Source: Felis catus (Eukaryota). Taken from it: a stretch of DNA of 64,000 nucleotides. The notes below the pieces were generated by a model that searched no databases, was not told where the DNA came from, and worked only from the letters and a program-made list of their open reading frames with translations. Numbering within the stretch: position 1 is the first letter of the stretch; each line of letters opens with the position of its first letter. Positions 1 through 10,900 of the stretch are shown piece after piece. Location: positions 10,912,001 to 10,976,000 of the forward strand of contig NC_058382.1 in the NCBI RefSeq assembly GCF_018350175.1, in the 5' to 3' direction. The translations under genes were made by a program, and so were the position numbers.

Positions 1-373
1 TCTGGGGCTAGGCCAGCGAACCACACAGATCGAGAGCCCTTCTTTGGGGGCTGACGTTCTGTGACTCGATCTCTTGCCTTAAGCCTGACGTGGTGAGGAC
101 TGTGGAGAGGGTTAGACAGAGGAGGATGGTTCTCTGAAAGGCAGGACCATCCCCTTGCAGAAGATGGGGCATCGTGGCTCCGTGGAGCTCCCCGTGGCTG
201 CCTCGCAGGCCACCCTTCTTCCCCTGCGTTCCCGTGGCCTGGCGTCCATCCCTCACCCTCGGTGTGGGAGGCCACGTCCGAGGGCCTTTTCGGGGGAACC
301 ACGTTGGGGAGGAGGTCTGCCGGGAGCCGGGAGCGGATTGCCTTCTCCCAACCCCCACGGTTTCTCCTGGCAG

Positions 374-1654
374 CGGCTGATCGACAAGACCAAGGTGACC
401 TACCTGAAGTGGCTGCCCGAATCGGAGAGCCTGTTCCTGGCCTCACACGCCAGCGGCCACCTGTACCTGTACGACGTCGGCCACCCCTGCGCCTCGGCCC
501 CGCCGCAGTACAGCCTGCTGAAGCAGGGCGAGGGCTTCGCCGTCTATGCCGCCAAGAGCAAGGCGCCCCGCAACCCGCTGGCCAAGTGGGCGGTGGGCGA
601 GGGCCCCCTCAACGAGTTCGCCTTCTCGCCGGATGGCCGGCACCTGGCCTGCGTCAGCCAGGACGGCTGCCTGCGCGTCTTCCACTTCGACTCCATGCTC
701 CTGCGGGGGCTCATGAAGAGCTACTTCGGGGGCCTGCTCTGCGTGTGCTGGAGCCCGGACGGGCGCTACGTCGTGACGGGTGGCGAAGACGACCTGGTCA
801 CCGTGTGGTCCTTCGCCGAGGGCCGTGTGGTGGCCCGGGGCCACGGCCACAAGTCCTGGGTCAATGCTGTGGCCTTCGACCCCTACACCACGAGGGCCGA
901 GGAGGCAGCCGCGGCCGGCGGTGACGGGGAGCGGAGCGGCGAGGAGGAGGAGGAGCCTGAGGCCGGGGGCCCGGGCTCGGGCGGGGGAGCCCCCCTCTCC
1001 CCGCCGCCCAAAGCCGGCCCCATCACCTACCGCTTCGGCTCGGCCGGCCAGGACACGCAGTTCTGCCTGTGGGACCTCACCGAAGACGTGCTTTACCCCC
1101 ACCCGCCCCTGGCCCGCACCCGCACCCTCCCCGGCACGCCCGGCGCCACGCCGCCCGCCGCCGGCAGCTCTCGGGGCGCCGAGCCGGGCCCCGGCCCCCT
1201 GCCTCGCTCGCTGTCCCGCTCCAACAGCCTTCCGCACCCGGCGGGCAGCGGCAAGGCGGGCGGCCCGGGCGCGACCGCCGAGCCGGGCACGCCGTTCAGC
1301 ATCGGCCGCTTTGCCACGCTCACGCTGCAGGAGCGGAGGGACCGGGGGTCAGAGAAAGAGCACAAGCGCTACCACAGCCTGGGCAACATCAGCCGGGGCG
1401 GCGGCGGGGGCGGCGGCGGCGGCGGCGGCGGCGGGGACAAGCCCAGCGGCCCGGCCCCGCGCAGCCGGCTGGACCCGGCCAAGGTGCTGGGCACGGCGCT
1501 GTGCCCGCGCATCCACGAGGTGCCGCTGCTCGAGCCCCTGGTGTGCAAGAAGATCGCCCAGGAGCGGCTCACGGTCCTCCTCTTCCTGGAGGACTGCATC
1601 ATCACCGCCTGCCAGGAGGGCCTCATCTGTACCTGGGCCCGGCCGGGCAAGGCG
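374..1654 (+). CDS. DMWD: DMWD large WD40 exon
   Basis: cag|CGGCTGATC ... AAGGCG|gtgagt; RLIDKTK...ARPGKA. Confidence 0.96.
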
Positions 1655-2984
1655 GTGAGTCGCCCCACGCCAGCCTCCCCAGGGCCCAGGAAGAGGCGGG
1701 CATCGGCGGAGGGGTTGGCCACCGCCACAGCCTTTAGCCCTGTGGGATGAGGGGGAGCCAGGGAACTCTTAGTGTCCCAGAGTGAGACCCCTCAGGTCCC
1801 AGGGTGCCGGGCTTCTAGAACTCTTGGTGACGACCGAGAGAGGGTTGGGGATAAGACAGCTGGGAGTAGTGGGGACCGTGGCCAGCTATCTGAAGCGGGG
1901 AGCCAGTGGGCCCGGCATGGCCCCATCTGATCACATGTCACTCGAAGCCAGATCTCTGTTTCTACGGGACATGTGATTTGCCAGTTGTGAAACCTGGTGA
2001 ATGATGCTGGTCAAATTCTCTGGGCGACCCTGAGCCCGTGGGCCCGGCTTCCGGCCTGGGTCTCAGACTCTGGACCTGAGCCCACCGCTGGAGTCACGGC
2101 CTGGGGAGTCCCAGCGTGGGTTCTGGCGCTGCTCCCTGTGACCTCGGGCAGGTCACTGCTCGTTGACCTCCATCACCTCTTAGGGAGCCTTGAAGGTGGG
2201 TGGTGGGCGGATGTGTCCACCTCCCACTGTAGCTGTGGGGTTCGGCGAGGTCCCGGTCGGGAAGGTCCCAGTAGGGGAAGCACAGACCTGGCGCCTTGTC
2301 TCTTTGGAGCTCTTGTCTCGTGGCTCAGCTTCTCGGGGATGTGGGCACAGTGCCCAGGATGCCAGGTCTGAGGGCCGAGGCTGGGTTCCCTCGAAGAGCG
2401 GTTTTAGGGTTGTGTAGGGTCTTGAATCCTTAGAACGTAATAGCACAGTCTCAGAGGCAGGGTCGTTGGGATCTGGGGAGTCCGGCAAGTCCTAAAAGAG
2501 ACCCCTCTATCTCCCTAGTTCACAGACGAGGAGGCCGAGGCCCAGACAGGGGAAGGAAGTTGGCCCAGGTCACCCAGCAAGTCAGTGGTAGAGGTAGGAT
2601 TGTCCCTGAGTTCTCTATCCCCCACACCCCCCAGTCAGAAAGGGCCCCATCCTCTCCCCATCCTCTCCACCCCTACCCCATCCTCTCTGCTCGGGATCAC
2701 CCCGAGGACTTTAATTATTGTCTAAGAGTGCCGCCTGCCGGGACAGGGAAGCTAGCTGAGATGTAAGTTCCTGACCTAGAGCAGCGGCCTCTGTCCGGGC
2801 GGGGTCTGGGGCGGACTGAAGGGCAAGGTCAGGGCGGCAGCCGCCTTGGGGACTCTGGGCTGGCTCCCTCCCCATGGGACTGACGGGAGCCCCAGGCAGC
2901 CTCTAACCCTCCTGTCTCCCCTCTCGTCTTCCCCAGGGCCTCTCCTCCCAGCCCAGCAACTCCCCGAGCGGCACAGTGGTGTGA
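374..2984 (+). CDS. DMWD: DMWD (dystrophia myotonica WD-repeat protein), last three coding exons; 5' exons lie upstream of the window. join(374..1654,2519..2593,2937..2984)
   Basis: WD40 repeats (FAFSPDGRHLACVSQDG, WSPDGRYVVTGGEDD, GHKSWV), C-terminus ...SPSGTVV*, canonical AG/GT boundaries with matching phases, position directly upstream of DMPK. Confidence 0.97.
1397..1435 (+). repeat. Coding (GGC)3GGG(GGC)8GGG repeat encoding 13 Gly in DMWD
   Basis: Read directly from the sequence. Confidence 0.95.
2519..2593 (+). CDS. DMWD: DMWD 75-nt penultimate exon (MIR-derived)
   Basis: ctag|TTCACAGAC ... GTAGAG|gtagga; FTDEEAEAQTGEGSWPRSPSKSVVE; phase 0-0. Confidence 0.9.
2937..2984 (+). CDS. DMWD: DMWD terminal coding exon
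   Basis: ccccag|GGCCTC...GTGTGA; GLSSQPSNSPSGTVV*. Confidence 0.93.
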   Translation, partial: GLSSQPSNSPSGTVV

Positions 2985-3463
2985 AACCATGGATGTCGGG
3001 GTCCCCCCTCTGTTCCCCGCCTCCTAGCCATAACCCCCCCGCCGACCTCACGGATCAACGTATGATTAACAAGACTAACCATGACGGATGGACTGCTCCA
3101 GTCCCTTGCCCTGCACAGATTAGGGGATCAGAGGGTCCCCCAGACCGGCCCAGCACTCGGGGGGACGTATTGGCCCGTGTGGCCTCAGCCCTGTCCCCAC
3201 CCACTGCCAAGTACAACGACCCCTCCCTCTGAAACATCAGTGTTCGCCTCGTCCCTGTCCCCAGCATGTGACTGGTCACTCCCGGGGGAGACCCCCCCCC
3301 CACAAGCTCTGCAATGTGCCCCTCGGCCTGTGGGCAGGGCAGGGGTGGCCTACCCCTCCCCTGGCCCGCACCCTGCCCGTGCTGTTGTTTGTGCTTTTGA
3401 AGAGTGTTAAATTATGGAAGCCCCTCGGGGGCCCTCCCTGTCCCCCCGGGACCTCTTATTTAT

Positions 3464-3469
3464 ACTAAA
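3464..3469 (+). terminator. Candidate non-canonical DMWD poly(A) signal ACTAAA
   Basis: AT-rich context (ttatttatACTAAAg) followed by a T/GT-rich stretch; I saw no AATAAA between the DMWD stop and DMPK. Confidence 0.55.
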
Positions 3470-4069
3470 GTTCCCTGTTTTCACGGCGTCTCTGTTCCCT
3501 TCCGGGAGGTGTGGAGGGAGTGCGTGCGCACTTTTGCTGCAGTCCTAGAATCCAGTTGCTTCGACCAAAAGGAAGAGCTAGGCCCTCCCTGCCTCTCCCC
3601 CACCCAGTCCTCTCCCTGCTCCCTTCTAATAGCCCGGAACACTGAAGGGCGGAGGGGGGCTCACTCAGTGGGGGCCACCCAGCCGGTCCAGCCCCAGGCA
3701 GGGCCCTTGGGACGGAGGAGGACGTTGCTCTGGCTCCCAAACTCTAGAAGAAAGTCCGTCCAGGACCCCCCTCAGAGCCGTTCGAGAGGGCCCAAACCGG
3801 CCCAAGTCGGATATTCCGGGGGGGCCTGTCCGGATGGGTCCTCCGGGCCGCTCCTGAGGTGCCCGGAGTGCGCATGTCTGGGCCTCCCGCCGCCTCGGGC
3901 CGGCTCACGCGGCCCAGGCGCCCAGAGCCAGCTAGAGACCGCGGTTTCCTCCGGGAGAGCTGTCCAGCCCTCCCGAGAACAGCGAGAGTCCGTCCGGCTG
4001 CTGCAGGGAGTGGTGTCTTCCCGCTCTGCCCTCCACCCCCCGAAATGTTTCTGTTTCTAATCCTAGCCC

Positions 4070-4589
4070 GGGCAGGAATGTGGCTGCGGGGCCAGGGTCC
4101 AAGGAGCTATTTTGGGGGCTCCTTTTTCTCCCCCAGGCTTTGGCCAGCGGGTCACCCCTGGTCCTGGCTCCTGAGGGCCTCCCTTCCCAATTCTCTCACC
4201 ACCCCTTCCCCACCTCCTGCCAAAAAAAAAAAAAAAGTCAGTGTAAAGCAGAGGTCCTGAGGGCTAAATTTAAACCATCCCAAAGTCTGACTCCGTGGCT
4301 GAGTCACCCGCGAAGCTGGCCTCCTACCCCCCCCTTCCCAGGCCTCACCCCTTTCTCACCCCACCCCGATTCCTGAGCTTGAGAAGGGGGCGTTACCCGA
4401 TCATTCTGAACCTCAATTGGCCCCCTCGGAATGGAATGGGACGGCTCATCTTTGGCATCTGCCACACCTGTAGCTTCCTCTGTGCTCCGCCTTTTTTTGG
4501 GGGGGGTGCATGGTGGGAGAGTTGAAATTCTTCACCCCCCCCATCTCACTCCGAAGTGTTCTGAGGGGCCCCGGGAGGAGGGAGTTGGG
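4070..4589 (+). promoter_or_regulatory. DMPK upstream muscle-type promoter/enhancer motif cluster
   Basis: MEF2-like CTAAATTTAA 4264-4273, AP-1 TGAGTCA 4300-4306, TEAD/MCAT GGAATG at ~4075 and tandem at ~4428-4438, E-boxes CATCTG/CACCTG ~4457-4470. Confidence 0.55.
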
Positions 4590-4812
4590 NNNNNNNNNNN
4601 NNNNNNNNNNNNNNNNNNNNNNNNNNNNNNNNNNNNNNNNNNNNNNNNNNNNNNNNNNNNNNNNNNNNNNNNNNNNNNNNNNNNNNNNNNNNNNNNNNNN
4701 NNNNNNNNNNNNNNNNNNNNNNNNNNNNNNNNNNNNNNNNNNNNNNNNNNNNNNNNNNNNNNNNNNNNNNNNNNNNNNNNNNNNNNNNNNNNNNNNNNNN
4801 NNNNNNNNNNNN
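4590..4812. other. Assembly gap (223 N), probably covering the DMPK TSS and most of the 5'UTR
   Basis: N run. Confidence 0.99.
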
Positions 4813-4827
4813 TGCTGCCTGCCCGAC

Positions 4828-4987
4828 ATGTCAGCCGAGGTGCGGCTGAGGCGGCTCGAGCAGCTGGTGCTGGACCCCGGCTTCCTGGGGCTGGAGCCCC
4901 TGCTCGACCTTCTCCTGGGCGTCCACCAGGAGCTGGGCGCCTCCGACCTGGCCCAGGACAAGTATGTGGCCGACTTCTTGCAGTGGG
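4828..4987 (+). CDS. DMPK: DMPK exon 1 (coding part)
   Basis: ATG TCA GCC GAG ... CAGTGGG|gtgagt. Confidence 0.96.
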
Positions 4988-7900
4988 GTGAGTGCCCGCC
5001 TGCATGGACGCCCCCGGATTGGGGGGCGGTGGGGGCAGGGCAGAGGCAGGAGATGGGGCTGGGCACGGGGGGCTGGTGGTTGGGGGCAGGATGGACGTGG
5101 GAGAGCCTCCCATTCAGGAGCCCGGAACTCGGTGCCAGGTCCCAGGGTGACCTGCCCCGTCCCCCGTGCCACCCTGGCAGGGCAGGCTGGGGTCAGCAGA
5201 GGCCGGGACAGCCAGGACTCACAACCAGGACTTGGGAGGCTGGGCTGGGCACAGCTTCCCGTGGTCCCTCTGTACCCCCTCCACAAAGTCTAGGCCTAAG
5301 GACACGCCGGGAGCCCCGTGTTTTAGGGTGCCCCCACTGAAACGGGCCCCATGGCCTTCCACCCTGGTTTCCCAGAGCGCAGGGACAGGCAGAAAGGACA
5401 GCACGGGGCAGCTGCCAGGGGCGCGGCCAACGGGCAGGTGTTTGGCTCCAGCCTCTCCAGCTGCCCCGACAGGTGCCCAGGCACTGGGAGGGTGCGGTGA
5501 CTCAGGCGGGCCCCGGGGGAGAGCCAGCTCTGAGACCGGCGCCACTCAGCGCCCTTCACCCCCTGGACGGAGGAGGAACAACTTAAGGTTCTTCTGGGTG
5601 TACCCCCCCAGCCCCGTTTCACTGTGGTCTGCATGGGGAGCCCTGACTCCCCTCTAGCTACCCCCCTCCCATCACTCATTCTCCTAGCTCATGACCTCCG
5701 ACCTCCCGGCTCTCCCACAAAGTCCCTTCTTGCCAGGTCTTTCCCCGGAGACAGGTCTGGAGGGAAGATGTGCCCGCCTCAGCTTCTGGCCTTGTCTGCC
5801 CGGCCCTTCCTCCACCCCAGGGCCCGGGCTCCTTGGGTTTTCTGTCTCTCTGACCCCCTGCCACTTGGTCCCCACACTGGGTTGCCCCTCCAGCGGCCTG
5901 CTCTTGGTCCGTGGGCTCCGTGTGTCTCTCTCTGCCTTCTCCCTCTTGCTCCTTTCTTGCGACCATCTCCTTCTGACCCAGGCCCCCACTCCTGTCCCTC
6001 CCATTTCACAGATAGGAAGGTGGAGACCAAAGGCCAGGCCGCTCAGCCCCTGTAGGAACTTTCTCTCCGCCTCCCCCAACCCTTAGTACCTCTGTCAGCC
6101 CTGACTTCGCAGAGCGTGAAGTGGGGCTAGCAGGGTAAACTGAGCCCTGAGCTGGGGGCAGGGGTCTGGCTCTCCCGTAAGGAGCGCTCCTTTTGTGGCC
6201 CGAGCAGCATCCTGCGGCCCCTCCCCTGCCGGGCCGCCCGGGCGGGGGAGGGGGCCTGGGTTCCTGCTGCCTTAAAAGGGCTCAACGTCTTGGCTCTCTC
6301 CTCCCTCCCCCGTTCTGGGCCCTGGCTGGTGGTTCCCTGCCTGCGGCCCACTCTCCCCGAACCTCATGGGGGGCTCCTCTCTCCCTTCCATAACGCACCC
6401 CGTCTCCCCTTATTCCCACTTGCACACGTCCCTCTCTCTGTCCTGCCTCTCAAGTCCCCAGCGTCTGCTACTTCCCGCCCTCCCTCTCCCTGTCCCAGTC
6501 TCCCCCTCCCAACCTGCCCCCTTTAACTCCTAGCTGTGGGGCCTTGGGAAGACCGCTTCACCCGCCTGGGCCCTGACTCCCCACCTGTAAGTGAGGGGTA
6601 CTGAAGAAGCCCTCTTTGTGGAGTTGAGGGCAGAGAGAATACACTAGAGCCTGGGATTTGGGGGTCCACGCTGGCTTTGTGTTTCTTGCTCCTTCTCCCA
6701 GCCCCAGCCCCAGCCCCAAATCCAGTGTCTCCCAAAGTGTGGTCCAAAGCCACCTGCATCATAAACCTGGAGGTACTGGATTAAACCGAATGTTCCAGAG
6801 ACAGGTGACCAGAGACAGACTGAGAATGCTGGGGTGGGCCTGTTGGGCACTCCCTCCACCAGCCCGAGTGGGGGTGGGGCCTGAAGCTCAGGGGGCCCTA
6901 AGGCCTGGGTCTCATATCTTCCCCGTCGGTCCTGCAGAGCCCGCGCTCTCCACCTGCAGCCACTAGGGCCCTCCGGCCCAATGGCCTTCCCCAAAAGGGG
7001 TTCCCAGGCATCCCACCTTTTCTGTAGGAGGGCAGTTTGGGGTGTCCCCAACCCTCACAGTGTTTTGGTGGGGAAGCCCTTGGGAGACTGACAGTCCTAG
7101 GAGAGAGAGAGAAGAGAGAACAAGGGACAGAGGAGACCGAGGATGGAGAGAGGGGCAGACTGAGGGGCAGAGGGTGGGACTTCCTCCTGTCTGGGGTGTC
7201 AGTCCCAGTTAGCCTCGGTTCTCACCTCCCCTCGCCCCCCAGTGGAGCCCATCGCCGAGAGGCTTAAGGAGGCCCGACTGCAGAGGGATGACTTCGAGAT
7301 TCTGAAGGTGATCGGACGCGGGGCGTTCAGCGAGGTGAGCCGTGAGCTGTCACTGCAGCTCGGCGGAGCGGGAGACGCGACTGCTCACGCAGTGGGCGGG
7401 ACGCAGGGGTTCGGGGCGGGTCCTTAGAAATTGATGAATGACTGAGTTTAGAAAAACTACACCAGAGGGGCGGGGGGCGGGACTTTGGGTCGATGGGCGT
7501 GGCGTTGGCGGTGGGGCGGGGCCACGACTGGGTTGTATCGGGGGTGGAGTCCGATCGGAGCGAGCCCGGGTGTTTCCGCCCCCCTCCCCCCCCCCCCGCG
7601 CCACCTCAGCCCCAGTCACCCCGTTTCGGCCTTCAGGTGGCGGTGGTGAAGATGAAGCAGACGGGCCAGGTGTACGCCATGAAGATCATGAATAAATGGG
7701 ACATGCTGAAGAGAGGCGAGGTGAGGGCCGGGGCTGGACGTGCGGGACGCGAGGATTACCCACCCCAACTCCCGCCCTGCCCGCTTCAGCGCCCGCGGGT
7801 GCCCCGCAGGTGTCGTGCTTCCGCGAGGAGAGGGATGTGTTGGTGAACGGGGACCGGCGCTGGATCACGGAGCTGCACTTCGCTTTCCAGGACGAGAACT

Positions 7901-10900
7901 ACCTGGTGAGCCCCGGGCCGGGGCGACTAGAGAGCTGGACCCCGACCCCGAGGCTGGCAGTTAACGAGACGGGGTCAGGCAGAGGAAGGGCTAGGCTTGG
8001 GGAGCTGCCTCTGGGTGTGGTAGGAACTGGTCTTCCTTGCCCGGGAGGGGAGATGTCACTTACGGCTCTTTTCCCGGGCGGATTCTAGTGGACTCTGCAA
8101 AAGATGCCGCCGTCGGGGGTGGGGGTGGGGCGGGGATCTCTCACCGGGACTGGGATAGCTCTCTAGTCGGTGTAGGGGCCACTGGGCAGGGGGTATCTGG
8201 GCACTGGGTGCGGGGGGGGTTCTCTGAGTTCTCTTTTTCCCTCCTTGTGTCCGGTGACATCCCGGGGGAAATTAGGGTTTTTTTTGGGGGGGGGGGAGTG
8301 TCTCTGATTTGGCCTCGGAGATCTCTTGGGCTCTCTTGGGGCTGGGGCTGCGGGGTCTCTCCCCAGGGATGGGGCATCTGTGGGAGTCTTTGTCCCGGGC
8401 TATCGGCGATCGGTGCCGAGGGGTGCTACTGACCCCCCCCCATGACACGCCCCCTGCTAGTACCTGGTCATGGAGTACTACGTGGGCGGGGACCTGCTAA
8501 CGCTGCTGAGCAAGTTTGGGGAGCGGATCCCAGCCGAAATGGCGCGCTTCTACCTGGCCGAGATTGTCATGGCCATAGACTCAGTGCACCGGCTGGGCTA
8601 TGTACACAGGTGGGCGCAGCAGGGGCTGAGGGGCGGGGGGCTGAGGGCGGGGCCCAGAGAGGGAAAGCAAAGTTGCACCTGGGCACGGTACCGCAAAGGT
8701 GGGGACCCAGAGGGGGCGGGCCCTGCAGAGGGACCTCCTTGGTTGGGGCCACTGGGGACAGGGCCAGAGGAGTGGGGTTCAGAATTGCAGAGTCCCCTAA
8801 GGGGCGGAAGCCGAGGAAATGGGTTCTGAGGGGGTAGGGAGTGGAGGGGCCCGGAGCTGGAGAGCATGGTCCCTAAGAGGGTGGGACCCGAGGCCGCGCT
8901 GCCTGGAGGGGTGGAACCTGCCGAGATGGATGGAGGGAGGCTCACATCCACCCCCACCCTTCCGTTTGCCCAGGGACATCAAACCCGACAACATCCTGCT
9001 GGACCGCTGTGGCCACATCCGCTTGGCCGACTTCGGGTCCTGCCTCAAGTTGAGGGCGGACGGAACGGTGCGTGGGGCGCCGCTTCGGGCACTGCGGCCA
9101 CCACTGAGGAGTGGGGGCAGGTGGGGGGACAGAAGCGCAGAGTGTGGGGGCGGGGCTGAGGCGCCCAGGTAGAGGTGGGGGCCCGACCAGATTTAGAGGG
9201 GTTACAGGGAGGGGACCCACGCCTAAGTGTGTGAGCCGCTCCGGGTTAGAACAGAAAAGGGGAGGGACTAAAGCCCTCGGGGCGTGGTTAGGAGGAGGGG
9301 AGGAGCCAGAGCTGGGAGGGGCGGGGCCGAGCCCAGCTCTGGACCTTTTGGCTCAGGTGCGGTCGCTGGTGGCGGTGGGCACCCCGGACTACTTGTCCCC
9401 TGAGATCCTGCAGGCTGTGGGCGGCGGGCCCGGGCTGGGCAGCTATGGGCCCGAGTGTGACTGGTGGGCACTGGGAGTGTTCGCCTATGAAATGTTCTAC
9501 GGGCAGACGCCCTTCTACGCCGACTCCACGGCTGAGACCTACGGCAAGATCGTGCACTACAAGGTGAGCACGGCCAGAGGAACCCCTCATCTCCCTTGGC
9601 ACGTAACGCCAGGCCAGCATCCCCTGCCCTCCCTCTCCCTCGTGCAGGAGCACCTGTCTCTACCGCTTGCCGACGCAGGGGTCCCTGAGGAGGCCCGAGA
9701 CCTCATCCAGCGGCTGCTGTGTCCTCCTGAGACGCGGCTGGGCCGGGACGGAGCAGGTGATTTCCAGAATCATCCTTTTTTCTTTGGCCTTGACTGGGAC
9801 AGTCTCCGAGACAGCGTGCCCCCATTTACACCGGATTTCGAGGGTGCCACTGACACGTGCAACTTCGATGTGGTGGAAGACGGGCTCACTGCCATGGTGA
9901 GCGGGGGCGGGGTAGGTACCTGCGACCCCTGCTGGGCAGAGGGTATTCCCCCCACCCACGCCCCACCCCCATCCCTCATCCAGAGAGCTGGGGTTAGAAT
10001 AGTACCCATCTCCTGGGGTCTTGAAATCATTCCTCCCCCAGAGCGCCTGCTCTGTGCCCACCCAGCGCCGGGAACCCAGCGGTGATCTGGATTCGCAGTC
10101 CAGTGGGGAACATAGACTTGTCCCCAGACAGTGATGCCCCAGAGGGAGAGTTCAAGGGTGAGACAAGGGAGGGGGGGTGTGCGGAGGGGGGCGCGGGCTC
10201 CCCACCCAGCCTGGAAAGTTTTGGAGGGTTTCCTGGAGGAGGAAGCCTCGGCTATCTGAGCTGAGACCTGGAAGGATAAGAAGTGAGGCAGGAAAACACC
10301 GTTGAGGAATCTCTCCTAGGCCATCTCTCTCTCAACTGTTGTACAAGCCACCCCAGTGCTGGGCACTGCTGGGGACCCACAGGGACCAGGCCAGCCCTGG
10401 GTCCCCGCCCTCGTCCACGTGCAGTCGGGAGAAGTATAGAATGACACTGTGGAGAGCGCCCTGAGGGAAGCAGCCGGATACAATGAAAGAAGATGAGGGA
10501 GGGGCCACTTTAGACGAGGCCCCAAGCTGGGGTGGGGTGGGGAGCTGGCATTTAAGCCAAGACTGGGAAGGGGTGAGGCACCAGCCCTGAGGAGCACAGG
10601 TCACTCCACATCTGGATTTCTCTGGTACAGGAGACGCTGTCCGACATGCGGGAAGGCATGCCCCTGGGGGTCCACCTGCCATTTGTGGGCTACTCCTACT
10701 CCTGCATGGCCCTCAGGTAAGCGCTGTTCAGGGGCTCCCAGTAGGGTTGCAAGATCAGGCTCAGAAGCGTAGCGTCTTGGGACCAAGGACTGTTAGGAGT
10801 CCGGAGTTGTAGGACCTTACGAGGTCAGACCGTAAGTACCGTGAAGTTTTAGATTCCCTTGCAAAACCTCGGAGCCACAGACTTGGGCTTCCAGAATCTT

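Noticed and set aside
155-373. N-terminal 73 aa of the 531-aa ORF
   Set aside because: Intronic read-through: TTG start, and a polypyrimidine tract with cag acceptor precedes 374 where DMWD similarity begins
262-1737. Long alternative-frame and antisense ORFs over DMWD (also over SIX5, DMPK and FBXO46)
   Set aside because: Expected from stop-codon scarcity in very GC-rich coding DNA; low-complexity Arg/Pro/Gly products with no recognisable domains
9111-10085. 324-aa ORF read as a single exon
   Set aside because: It is DMPK exons 7 and 8 joined through an 84-nt in-frame intron with canonical splice sites, plus intronic flanks
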